DNA of 64,000 nucleotides, from positions 32,001 to 96,000 of IMG/VR virus record IMGVR_UViG_3300030685_000017, one strand, 5' to 3'. The notes under the pieces are model-generated. The model saw only the letters and a list, made by a program, of their open reading frames with translations, searched no databases and was not told where the DNA came from. Below, one piece after another: positions 11,826 to 21,044 of the stretch. Made by a program: the position numbers and the translations under genes. This stretch comes from a virus. How positions within the stretch are numbered: the first letter of the stretch is position 1; the number at the start of each line of letters is the position of its first letter.

Positions 11826-12050
11826 AAATGTAAGAAAGGGTTGGGATTTGTAAAAAAATCGCCGAGAGCTAAAATGGGCGCTTTGGAAAATACGAGTAAA
11901 TTACCAACAGATTTGAGGGGTTATAGTTAAATGTGTAGTCATTTGTATAACCGCAAGATAAGTGAGGGAAATACTAGTTAGTAGCTAAAGTTAGTATAGT
12001 CCCCGTGGGTTGACTATACGAAAACGTGAAACATTACTTTTCTTACATTT
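11826..12050 (+). ncRNA. Unassigned structured RNA candidate
   Basis: 12-bp closing stem AAATGTAAGAAA/TTTCTTACATTT; internal hairpins GGTTATA/TATAACC and GTATAGTC/GACTATAC; no ORF. Confidence 0.5.
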
Positions 12051-12262
12051 TTAATAAATATTATTTTACCTTGAAAGAGGAGAAAAAAGAAATGAAAATC
12101 GGATTACAAATTCGGCTGAATAACTATGGATATGGATAGTAAATGAATATTTATACATTGTGCTTGGCATCGTATGCTAAATAATAATTTTACAAATTAA
12201 AATGATAAAAATAAATGAAAAACGCTTTTAATTTGATTAAATTCGAAATAAAAGCGTTTTTA

Positions 12263-12335
12263 GGCTCTGTGGTCAAACGGATTAAGACGTTTACCTCTCC
12301 GGTAAAAATTGGGGGTTCGAGTCCTCCCAGAGTCA
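12263..12335 (+). tRNA. tRNA-Glu(CTC) copy 1
   Basis: GGCTCTG/CAGAGTC acceptor; anticodon arm TTTAC-CTCTCCG-GTAAA; GGTTCGAGTCC T-arm. Confidence 0.9.
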
Positions 12336-12358
12336 TTTAATCTTAGAAAGGATAATAA

Positions 12359-12664
12359 ATGGATACATTAAAATTTTCTTGGAATAAATTTTGTGATAAT
12401 TCTCATATGTGTGTCTGTTGTGTTACTGAATAAGAAGCACAGAAATTTTGTAAATTAATGGATAAACACGAATTAGAATAGGCTAACGGTGATAGTTACT
12501 TAAATCGTACAAGTTATTTATATCATCCAGAAAATATATGTTATTTTGAAGATGGAACAATGTCTAGTGCTATTTATGCCATTGACCATAATTCAGAATT
12601 CTATTATTATTCACAAATTTTTAAAGCTTCTGTTAATTTTCAAACTTTTAAAGAAAGGATATAA
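12359..12664 (+). pseudogene. Family-A gene with in-frame TAA (12431) and TAG (12479); tag NFQTFKERI retained
   Basis: MDTLKFSWNKF..VTE*EAQKFCKLMDKHELE*ANG; frame otherwise intact. Confidence 0.8.
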
Positions 12665-12682
12665 ATTGAATATATAATTTTC

Positions 12683-12754
12683 GGCTGATTAGTCAAGTGG
12701 ATAAAACATCACCTTCTCAGGGTGAAAACATGGGTTCAAATCCTATATCAGTCA
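12683..12754 (+). tRNA. tRNA-Glu(CTC) copy 2
   Basis: GGCTGAT/ATCAGTC acceptor; TCACC-TTCTCAG-GGTGA. Confidence 0.85.
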
Positions 12755-12774
12755 TAAAAAAGATTGGAGGAAAA

Positions 12775-12909
12775 ATGATTAAAATTAAATTTCTTTGGAA
12801 AAAGTTTAAAATTATCTTTTTTGGGATAAGATTTAGAAATAATCCAAATGTATGTATTTACTGTAAAACAGAATCAGAAGCAATTCAGTTTTGTAAAATG
12901 ATGGATTAA
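12775..12909 (+). pseudogene. Truncated family-A gene
   Basis: GGAGG RBS; CIYCKTESEAIQFCKMMD then TAA. Confidence 0.65.
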
Positions 12910-13044
12910 TGGAGATATCATGTTATATGTGGGAGAAGTAATTTTCTCAAAAGAACTTGGGGAGAAAAATCCTGTCTATATTTTATTAGATGTTGTCACA
13001 AATAAATTAGTTTGTTGCACTAAAAAAGCATTTGTTCCAGTTAT

Positions 13045-13094
13045 TGATTAGTCTGAAGGCTCAGAATTTATAGGTTCAATCCCTATACTAATCA
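13045..13094 (+). ncRNA. Minimal tRNA-like element (acceptor stem, one short hairpin, T-arm)
   Basis: TGATTAG/CTAATCA; TCTGA-AGGC-TCAGA; TATAGG-TTCAAT-CCCTATA. Confidence 0.55.
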
Positions 13095-13147
13095 TTTGCG
13101 CAATAGTGCGCGATTTAAGCTACTATAGTAGCAAGAAAGGAGTTATT

Positions 13148-13231
13148 ATGACTAAACCGTATTTTGAAGAAGAAGAGGAAGAAGAACATCCGGTAGATCC
13201 ACGTACTTTGGATCACGAATCAACAAAGTAG
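13148..13231 (+). CDS. 27-aa peptide with an E7 run (MTKPYFEEEEEEEHPVDPRTLDHESTK)
   Basis: AAAGGAG RBS; followed by hairpin GGGGAATAA/TTATTCCCC. Confidence 0.55.
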   Translation: MTKPYFEEEEEEEHPVDPRTLDHESTK

Positions 13232-13778
13232 TAAAAATGAGGGGGAATAATATTTTAAATTTATTCCCCTATATTATTGACTTTTACTAAATTTTATGGT
13301 AATCAGAAAGTAATGCTATAACAACGATTGAAATTAATTATTAAATAATAATTTCACTGTATAATGAAATTTTACAAATTACGCCTATTCTATGTTTTCG
13401 CTTAGTGGTTCATAGAATTAAAACTTAAATAAAATTAAGCATTGAAGAGACTTTTTAATCTCACACTATGGTAAGTGTATAATAGATCAAAATATAATAC
13501 AAATGTTTACTGATTATTTATCATAATTCCACATATGTGGTGATAAGTAATCAGTAGAACAAAGGACTGTAAAGTTTAAAATTTAAAACTCTTAAATCAA
13601 AGTTTAAAAGCTAAAAGATCTTTTATAGCCGTTTCAGGCTTTTAAAGTTTAAACAAAAACGTTCACAGTTAAAAGTTTGATAAAATCTTTCTATTTAAAA
13701 AAGGTTTGGGGTTAGGCGCAAATACCCCGTAAGTACCGCAAAGCTATTATATAGTGATAATATTTATTTTATAATACT

Positions 13779-13808
13779 AATCCTCATGTTTAAAACATGA
13801 GGATTTTT
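13779..13808 (+). terminator. Terminator-like hairpin before tRNA-Glu copy 3
   Basis: AATCCTCATGTT/AACATGAGGATT followed by Ts. Confidence 0.55.
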
Positions 13809-13809
13809 A

Positions 13810-13881
13810 GGCTCTGTAGTCAAGTGGATAAGACGTTGCATTCTCAGTGCAAAAACGGAAGTTCAAATCTTCCCAGAGTCA
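13810..13881 (+). tRNA. tRNA-Glu(CTC) copy 3
   Basis: GGCTCTG/CAGAGTC; TTGCA-TTCTCAG-TGCAA. Confidence 0.9.
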
Positions 13882-13920
13882 TAAACATAAATAGATTTAT
13901 ATTTGAAAGGAATAATTATA

Positions 13921-14256
13921 ATGACAGATAATATTTCTTTTTGGGAACATTTCTTGAATTACAAAGAATTATCTATATGTACCATTGGTTTTAAACAGGC
14001 TGTTCATTGTAAAACAAAAAGAGAAGCAAAACTATTTTGTAAAATGTTGCATGAGCATGGTAGAAAGTGGTGTGATGGTTCTTCATATTTGTCTACAACA
14101 GAATTTTATTATTATGGAGATAATTCATATTATACTAATGATGGTCATGTTTTTGGTGGAATTTATGTGGAGCAAAAATATATTCCTATTTATGAATTTC
14201 ATGATATTTTTCCTATTAATATTGATTTTCAAACGATAAAACAAAGAGGAGTATAA
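13921..14256 (+). CDS. Family-A small protein with tag
   Basis: AVHCKTKREAKLFCKMLHEHGRKW; ends DFQTIKQRGV. Confidence 0.8.
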   Translation: MTDNISFWEHFLNYKELSICTIGFKQAVHCKTKREAKLFCKMLHEHGRKWCDGSSYLSTTEFYYYGDNSYYTNDGHVFGGIYVEQKYIPIYEFHDIFPINIDFQTIKQRGV

Positions 14257-14262
14257 AATGAT

Positions 14263-14628
14263 ATGAAAACTGATATTATAGAATGGTATAAAGTAAAAAT
14301 TCAAAATGAAATTAGACAGCAGAGATTAGACCAGTCAACATATATAGCATTACAAATAAAACATATAGATGCTGATAAGTACAGAGATGAAATAGTCTGT
14401 GGTGGGGGAAATATTGCATTTATTTGTAATGGTATGGGTGATATTTACGCTTTAGTAGGTTTATGTGAATATTATAAAATCCCATTTCCCATTTATGAAG
14501 ATTTTATGTATAAAGAACAGACATATCCAATTTATTATTATCGAATAGATAATAATAAAGATACAGTATTTTCTTATAGTACAGATCCAAGAACAGAAGA
14601 AATCTATGATATAATTCATATAGATTAA
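14263..14628 (+). CDS. Hypothetical protein
   Basis: ORF with RBS. Confidence 0.6.
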   Translation: MKTDIIEWYKVKIQNEIRQQRLDQSTYIALQIKHIDADKYRDEIVCGGGNIAFICNGMGDIYALVGLCEYYKIPFPIYEDFMYKEQTYPIYYYRIDNNKDTVFSYSTDPRTEEIYDIIHID

Positions 14629-14635
14629 ATATTAA

Positions 14636-14932
14636 GGGCACGCAAAGGTTTCGACAGGGATTAGAACATTATGATTTCGCTCGGTTGATCTCGTTATAGA
14701 TCAAAAAATAAATATAAACGCAAACAAATTACAAGCTGTAGCTTAATTGCTACTCCAAAAAACTTCCGAGATATTACTGGTAGGTTGTTGAGGATTAGAG
14801 ACAAGTAACAGTTTTCCTATTTATGAAAATGGGATGGTGGATTAGGCAGAATTCGTTTTCTCGCCCCTAAACAGCGTAAAGAATTATAAATAGTATAATC
14901 TTTGGACATGGGTTCGATTCCCATCGTGTCCA
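14636..14932 (+). ncRNA. ssrA: tmRNA, tag peptide (A)ANKLQAVA
   Basis: GGGCACG/CGTGTCC-A acceptor with G3:U70; GGTTTCGAC; resume GCA at 14720 to TAA 14746; GGGTTCGATTCCC T-arm. Confidence 0.92.
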
Positions 14933-14955
14933 GTATAGTTTTACAAGGAGAATAT

Positions 14956-15189
14956 ATGAAATCTTTTAGAATGAAATGTATAGACAACAGAAATAATAAA
15001 ACTGATTATACAATAGGAAAAATATACATTGTTGTTAATGGAATTTTTATGACCGATGGAGAAAATCTAATGCCGACTAACTCATTTGAAGATTGGGAAT
15101 CTTATTCTAGTTCCATATGGGAATTATTACCAGATATTCCAAAAGAATTTTGTACCTTTAAAACTAGAAAGAGGAATATGAACTGTTAA
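14956..15189 (+). CDS. Family-D small protein with tag
   Basis: AAGGAG RBS; MKCID..YTIGKIYIVVNG; ends EFCTFKTRKR. Confidence 0.75.
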   Translation: MKSFRMKCIDNRNNKTDYTIGKIYIVVNGIFMTDGENLMPTNSFEDWESYSSSIWELLPDIPKEFCTFKTRKRNMNC

Positions 15190-15581
15190 TTTCAAAAACA
15201 GATAAAAATATCTTAGAATACTATGAAGAATATTATAAGAATACATCTTATCGTTTAGCTCATTCTTTTTGTTTTATTTGTAATAGTAAGCATGATGTAA
15301 TTATTTTTATATCATGGTGTTTTAAAAATCATATTAAATTTTATGATAATATACAAGATCGAACAAATAAAGCAAAAGTATTAGATTTCTATATAAGACA
15401 ATATAATTATTGTATTAATATACAACATGAATCCTTAATAATAGCTCCAGATGGTGTACCTTATATTGGATGCGTTGGTAATATTTTTAATGTACATTTT
15501 TATGTAAAAGATTTAGCAAGAACCTTTTCACCGTTTGATACAATGAAAGAAAGAATGGTTTTTATGGGAGAGAGCAAATAA
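15183..15581 (+). CDS. Divergent family-A-like ORF with possible CTG start and tag (absent from the ORF track)
   Basis: 132 open codons, GAGGA 7 nt upstream of CTG; ends PFDTMKERMVFMGESK. Confidence 0.6.
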   Translation: MLISKTDKNILEYYEEYYKNTSYRLAHSFCFICNSKHDVIIFISWCFKNHIKFYDNIQDRTNKAKVLDFYIRQYNYCINIQHESLIIAPDGVPYIGCVGNIFNVHFYVKDLARTFSPFDTMKERMVFMGESK

Positions 15582-15648
15582 CTAACAATAGCATTCCCTT
15601 TTTATTTATCTGATTAAGTCGTTTATTGTAGCGATAAACGGCTGATTC

Positions 15649-15700
15649 GTGGCTAAGTAAAAGAAATTGGTACTTATCAGTTCAAATCTGAATAGCCACA
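15649..15700 (+). ncRNA. tRNA-like element lacking an anticodon arm
   Basis: GTGGCTA/TAGCCAC-A; AGTA/TACT arm with TGG loop; TCAG-TTCAAAT-CTGA. Confidence 0.55.
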
Positions 15701-15718
15701 TATAGAGAGGAAAATAAT

Positions 15719-16018
15719 ATGTTTAAAATAGGCTGTATGGTAAAAATAAAATCATGGGAAAAATTAACTAAAGAAAATACAATTAATGAAGATGGTGATA
15801 TTTTATTATACAATTCAAATGATTATTTCTTTAAAGAAGATAGACAATTATGTGGACAAGTATGTGTTATAGAAAAAAATATAAGCAGATTATGGAAAGG
15901 ATACATAAAAATTAAAGTATTAAAAACAGGAGTAATAAAAATAAGACCTTGGCAGATACTTGAACATTATACTATTAATCCTTTATTTAAAACTTTTAAG
16001 GAAAGAAGAAATGAATAA
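15719..16018 (+). CDS. Family-B (FKxGDxVxxKSWE, KOW/SH3-like) protein with tag
   Basis: MFKIGCMVKIKSWEKL; ends LFKTFKERRNE. Confidence 0.8.
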   Translation: MFKIGCMVKIKSWEKLTKENTINEDGDILLYNSNDYFFKEDRQLCGQVCVIEKNISRLWKGYIKIKVLKTGVIKIRPWQILEHYTINPLFKTFKERRNE

Positions 16019-16563
16019 TAACTTAATTTGTTTTATAATTGATGATGGAAAAAATTTTATAGCAGTTATTAAAAATCTGCATAAAAATACATCTTTATAT
16101 TTTTCAAATGATACAATAAATTTTGGTCAATTTACAATTATTATTAATGATTTAGGAAAAGAAAATATATTTATGGTTTCAGATTTTACTTTTCCTGAAA
16201 TATGTAATTGGTGTTTATAGCCAGAGAGGAAATATTATGAAACAAATAGAAAAACTGGAACTTATAATAAAGAATTTTACCAAACGTTTTTTAAAAAAGA
16301 GAAGGAGAAAATTTATGGATTTCTTAAATGAGTTAGCCAAAAATATGTCAGAAGAGAACAAAAATAAAATTGCTACCGAACTCGAATTAGGAGGGTGGCA
16401 TTTGGGAGATACTTTTCCTAATAATAAGGAAGTAACAACAGTTCTTTTCTTTATTGAGAATAAAATCCCAATTTTATGTAGAGCCATCTACGATGAAGAA
16501 GTATCCGGTTGGAAAGATGTTCGAAATGATTCTATAGTAAGTAATGTATTGGCTTGGAAATAA
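16011..16563 (+). CDS. Two hypothetical genes (16011-16220; 16237 or 16315-16563)
   Basis: RBS-preceded ORFs. Confidence 0.55.
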
Positions 16564-16577
16564 GGAAGGATAAATAG

Positions 16578-17072
16578 ATGAACAATAAGAGAAAAATAGG
16601 AAGTACTATAATTTTGGTGTTTGTGTTTGTTTTCTTAGTAATAGTAGACTATAAGTCTATACATAATACTCCAAAACATCAATTGTCGGTACAGCAGAAT
16701 AAACTAATTGAAGTGAAACAGCAGGTAAAAACATATAGTAATCAGGTAGATCAATATCACACTACTATTGATGCATTAACTGTATCGGAAAATGATTTAC
16801 AGGATAAAGTAAATCAGTTAAAGGCTGAAAGCGGTCAGGCTCAATATTTGGTGACATTTGGTATCAAACAGTCTCATGTATTCTGGCAGGTAAAGGATAA
16901 TATCAAAGATTCTATACAGGCATTAGATCTACAGGTTGCTGTTAGTAAAGAATACTATGACAGTGTTCAGATAGGTCAAACGATTAATGATGATTTTCGT
17001 ATGGCATCTTTTGTATTCGACGGTTCTATCGGTAACTGGGATATTACTGTAAAAAACAAAGAAATAAAATAA
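16578..17072 (+). CDS. Membrane-anchored coiled-coil protein
   Basis: N-terminal TM helix followed by a heptad region. Confidence 0.7.
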   Translation: MNNKRKIGSTIILVFVFVFLVIVDYKSIHNTPKHQLSVQQNKLIEVKQQVKTYSNQVDQYHTTIDALTVSENDLQDKVNQLKAESGQAQYLVTFGIKQSHVFWQVKDNIKDSIQALDLQVAVSKEYYDSVQIGQTINDDFRMASFVFDGSIGNWDITVKNKEIK

Positions 17073-17080
17073 AGAAATGT

Positions 17081-17159
17081 GTGTCCTTAACTCAATCGGG
17101 AGAGTAGTCGGTTTTATATAGACAAACAGGCTATTTGGGTTCGAATCCCAAAGGATACA
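17081..17159 (+). tRNA. Atypical tRNA; canonical numbering gives anticodon TTA (possible ochre suppressor or pseudo-tRNA)
   Basis: GTGTCCT/AGGATAC-A; ACTC/GAGT D-stem; GTCGG-TTTTATA-TAGAC (one mismatch); TTGGG-TTCGAAT-CCCAA. Confidence 0.55.
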
Positions 17160-17161
17160 TT

Positions 17162-17336
17162 GAAATTTGATAAAATGTTGGCTTAGAGGTAGCCATCATC
17201 TAAGGAGTGGGACGAAATTAAAAGTGTGAGATAATATACATGTCTAATTGAACTACTTTTAATGGATAGTAAAAAGTCACCCCGTAAATGGTAAGGATTG
17301 ATTTCCCTTTGGTGTAAAAACACATTATCAAATTTC
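17162..17336 (+). ncRNA. 23S rRNA H43-H44 (L11/GTPase-associated centre) mimic with ~105-nt insert
   Basis: ATGTTGGCTTAGAGGTAGCCATCATCTAAGGA ... GTGTAAAAACACA inside a 12-bp closing stem. Confidence 0.75.
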
Positions 17337-17340
17337 TCAT

Positions 17341-17413
17341 TGGGCTATCGCCAAGCGGTAAGGCACAGGACTTTGACTCCTGCATTTCACCAGTTCGAAT
17401 CTGGTTAGCCCAG
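17341..17413 (+). tRNA. tRNA-Gln(TTG)
   Basis: TGGGCTA/TAGCCCA; CAGGA-CTTTGAC-TCCTG. Confidence 0.92.
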
Positions 17414-17442
17414 TTCATAAAGAATATATTTAAGGAGGTATT

Positions 17443-17574
17443 ATGAAAAAATCCAATGATAATAATATAATTGATAAATATACTTTATTTTTAATATTAA
17501 CTCCGTTGGTAGGAGTATTTTTAGTAATATTAATGATGCTATTTTTTGTACTTATACTAAAGTATATTATTTAA
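17443..17574 (+). CDS. Small single-TM membrane protein
   Basis: AAGGAGG RBS; hydrophobic 43-aa ORF. Confidence 0.5.
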   Translation: MKKSNDNNIIDKYTLFLILTPLVGVFLVILMMLFFVLILKYII

Positions 17575-17589
17575 TAAGTGATAAAATTA

Positions 17590-17663
17590 GGGACTATAGC
17601 CAAGAGGTTAAGGCACAAGACTCTGTTTCTTGCAGTTCGTTGGTTCGAATCCAACTAGTCCCA
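17590..17663 (+). tRNA. tRNA-Gln(CTG)
   Basis: GGGACTA/TAGTCCC-A; CAAGA-CTCTGTT-TCTTG. Confidence 0.85.
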
Positions 17664-17690
17664 TTAGTAAGAAAAGAAAGGAGTATTGAA

Positions 17691-17969
17691 ATGGAATTTT
17701 CATGGGAATATTTTTGTAATGATAATGAAATGGTAGCGGTTCATTGTCCTACTCCAGAAAATGCAAGAAAGTTTTGCAGATTAATGTCTGAACATAATTT
17801 AGTATGGCAGACCGGACGTAATTATTTGGGTAAAAATTTGTGGTATGATCACAAAGAAAAAACTTGTTATACTAATCAAGGTTCTTATTTATCTCTTGAA
17901 GATGCTTATAGTAATTATAATATTTATGAATTTTCAGAAGTAATGCAGGTAGAAGAAAATGACATATAA
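17691..17969 (+). CDS. Family-A small protein (no tag)
   Basis: MEFSWEYF..AVHCPTPENARKFCRLMSEHNLVW. Confidence 0.8.
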   Translation: MEFSWEYFCNDNEMVAVHCPTPENARKFCRLMSEHNLVWQTGRNYLGKNLWYDHKEKTCYTNQGSYLSLEDAYSNYNIYEFSEVMQVEENDI

Positions 17970-18276
17970 ATTTAAGGTTGGAGATAAAGTTATTTTTAAA
18001 ACATGGAATGAGATGGAAAAAGAATAAGGAATTAATGAAGATGGAAATATTTGTGTACCATGTACATTTATGCGTGAGATGGAACGATCATCATATGGAA
18101 GAATTTTTATTATAACAAGTCAAGAAATAGATAATTATACTTTTAATGGGGAATCATGTCAATTTATAGAATTAACTCCAAATACAGGCTATTCTATTAG
18201 TGCTCAAATGTTAAAACCTGTTATTCCTTTTATTCCCTTTATGACTTTTAAAAATAAAATGAGGTATTCAAAATGA
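17959..18276 (+). pseudogene. Family-B gene with a single in-frame TAA (18025); tag PFMTFKNK retained
   Basis: MTYKFKVGDKVIFKTWNEMEKE*GINEDG; paralogs have KEYG. Confidence 0.8.
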
Positions 18277-18560
18277 TTTATACTTTTAAAGTTGGAGATA
18301 GAGTTAAGTTTAAATCTAACGAACAAATGTATGGGGTTAAGTGCCCTTCTGGATTTACTAAAGAAATGGGAGATACATTAGGCGGTAAAGAATCTATAAT
18401 TCTACGTATACATCAGGAAAGAGGATATCAATATATTGATATTTCGATGGGTAAAAAACCATATGTAGCATGGAATTTTGATAATTCTATGTTTATTCCT
18501 GTTCCACATCATTTATCTTTTATGACTTTAAAAGAAAAAAGAACAATTTCAAAAAGATAA
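18273..18560 (+). CDS. Family-B protein with tag
   Basis: YTFKVGDRVKFKS; ends SFMTLKEKR. Confidence 0.8.
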   Translation: MIYTFKVGDRVKFKSNEQMYGVKCPSGFTKEMGDTLGGKESIILRIHQERGYQYIDISMGKKPYVAWNFDNSMFIPVPHHLSFMTLKEKRTISKR

Positions 18561-18619
18561 TTATACATTTTATGCATTATTAATGCATAAATATACATAA
18601 TAAAAGTGGGGATATTAAA

Positions 18620-19274
18620 ATGGAATTCTCATGGAAAGATTTTATAAATAGTTATAAAGAAAATTATAACAGAAATTTTATTGCTTTAAGACAAAATAAG
18701 ATGGAGTGGGAATTTAATGGTGATAAAGAAAATCTGCAACAATTACATAAGATTTTTATAGCAAAAAGAACGTTTTTAATTCATACAGCAAAATTATATG
18801 GATTAAAATTAGAGAAAGATGTATGGGATTCATCTTCTATTGAAGAATATAACACTGCTTTTGTTTTATATAATGATGGTTTATAGAAGAGACTATGATA
18901 TTGTAGAAATATATGGCTTTTCTACTAATCCAGATAAAGCTATGGATATCTCTATTTCTGGACGGATTTGTTTATTTAATCGGTAAGGGAGAAAAATTAG
19001 AATGGGTAAAATAAATCGTTATAATTATGAACAAATTGTTGATAAATCTTTAAAATATACTGAAAAATATTTTGATAAACTTAAAGGTAAAACAATTACT
19101 CCTGAAACAAGAGTTATTGTTATTTCAGAAAATGTCAAGATATTTATTAGACATTTATATATTACTGGATTAGAAATTGTTGTAAATCACAAAGTAAAAT
19201 CTATTGCATTACCAGATCAAAAAAGAAAAATTTGCTTTACAGATCATGAAAATAAATGTTATGATATTTTATAA
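18620..19274 (+). CDS. Two hypothetical genes (18620-18886 with family-A-like start, 19002-19274)
   Basis: RBS-preceded ORFs. Confidence 0.55.
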
Positions 19275-19285
19275 GAGGGAATAGT

Positions 19286-19922
19286 ATGAACAAATGGCTT
19301 AAAGAATATGATAAAGGAAAATATTATAAGCATATGGGTATTATTTGTTGTAATGCAGTTCAAGTTACACAAGTATATCAACATAATATACGTTTACGTC
19401 CATTTTTTCATTCTTATGATTTAGAAAAAATGTTAGAGATACTTTCACGTTATGGTATTATAATTATTACAAATCTCAATACCTATTGTGCTACAATATT
19501 AAGTGCAGAACGTACTTATGATATAGTTAAAAAGTATGAAGATGTATTTGAAAAACGTTCTTCTGAATTTCAGACGTTTAGGGAGAAACTGCATGAATAA
19601 ATTATTAAAAATATATACTGATTGCCCAAAAGATCATATGGGCATATGTTGTGTCACGGAAGATCAAATGTTTCGAGTTATGGAGTATAATAGAAATCAT
19701 CATTTGGATTGTCAATCTAATTGTCAATCTACTTCTAATAGATCTTTAAAACAAATATTACATGAGTATAACATGATTATAATAACAAATAGAAATACTT
19801 TTTGCGTTACAATGGCACATGCATCTTTTTGTTATGATACAATATTTACATTTAAAGATGTGTTTACAAGAACAGTTAAACCAGATTTTTTAACTTTAAG
19901 AGAAAAGATAGAATTAAAGTAA
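19286..19922 (+). CDS. Tandem paralog pair of divergent family A (19286-19600, 19593-19922), both tagged
   Basis: HMGI.C....Q...V..YN / IIITN.NT.C; ends EFQTFREK and DFLTLREK. Confidence 0.78.
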
Positions 19923-19942
19923 GAATAAATCTTTGATTTCAT

Positions 19943-20028
19943 ATTGTGATTATGTGATTTATGAATTTTCTGATATTAATAAAATTAATTCTGATTTTTT
20001 TAACCATGAAGAAAAGAAAAGAACTTTA
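19943..20028 (+). pseudogene. Orphan 3' fragment of a family-A gene
   Basis: 29 bp identical to 23228-23256 (CDYVIYEFS); tag DFLTMKKR recovered by a 1-nt shift in a T7 run. Confidence 0.6.
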
Positions 20029-20046
20029 ATTGAATATATAATTTTC

Positions 20047-20118
20047 GGCTGATTAGTCAAGTGGATAAGACGCTTATCTCTCCGATAAGAAACATGGGTT
20101 CAAATCCTATATCAGTCA
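20047..20118 (+). tRNA. tRNA-Glu(CTC) copy 4
   Basis: GGCTGAT/ATCAGTC; CTTAT-CTCTCCG-ATAAG. Confidence 0.88.
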
Positions 20119-20142
20119 TTTGAATAGAAAAGGAGAAGTAAT

Positions 20143-20574
20143 ATGTCATTATTATCAATAATATTGGAGATTTTTTTATATAATATAATAATAATTAGTA
20201 TTTTTTGTTCTTTGAATATTAAAATAAAAGATTATTATAAAGCAAAAACTGATCTTTTTGCATATCTGAATAATGATAATGCTATTTATATGGTTTATAA
20301 ACGTGGATTAATGATACATGGTAAGCATTATAAATATTTAATTGGAGATAAATTTAGATTTGGTAATAATTATGCTATAATAACTGGTTATGATCATTCA
20401 GAATTAGAACTATATGGAGATCTTTATTATATAGTAGAACAATGTAATTCAATGGGGATATCTATTTCTAGTGAATTCTGTATATCAGAAAGAACATTAT
20501 CTCAAGCACAATGGATAAATAAACCAAATAAAAAAGAAGAATTTAAAACCTTTAAGGAGAAAATACGAACATAA
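20143..20574 (+). CDS. TM-anchored protein with tag
   Basis: Hydrophobic N-terminus; KYLIGDKF; ends EFKTFKEKIRT. Confidence 0.75.
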   Translation: MSLLSIILEIFLYNIIIISIFCSLNIKIKDYYKAKTDLFAYLNNDNAIYMVYKRGLMIHGKHYKYLIGDKFRFGNNYAIITGYDHSELELYGDLYYIVEQCNSMGISISSEFCISERTLSQAQWINKPNKKEEFKTFKEKIRT

Positions 20575-21044
20575 TGTTCTGGGTAGGAGAAGTATTAATT
20601 AATAAATTAAATAATAAAAGAGCAAAAGTTATAGAAGCTATTTATAAACGTAATGAAAAACCACTTATTACGGTAGAAATGATAGATGAAAACAAAATAG
20701 TTTATATTACAATTTTTCCAGAAGAATGGAAGGATGGGGAATAATATGAAAGAAAAAGAATTACAGGAATTAAAGAAGAAAGCAGAAAATTGTGTATTAA
20801 ATTCAGTAATATGCTCTAAATCTGAATTATGTGAAGCATGTCCTAACAATGTTTCGGCATCAGAAGTGTTACGTTTATGTTTGGATTATGAATTTTTAAG
20901 ACATAATTATAATTTATTTGGTTAAAAATCTGCGAAAGCAGTTTTTTATATAGTAATTGTAGACGGGATTTCTTGATGAAAAGGAGGTTTGCTATGAAGG
21001 GTATTAGAGCACCTAGCATTTTTAGAAAAGTTTTATAAAAAGTA

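Noticed and set aside
17162-17336. True rRNA gene fragment or contamination
   Set aside because: Only H43-H44 present, split by an insert and closed by a non-rRNA stem
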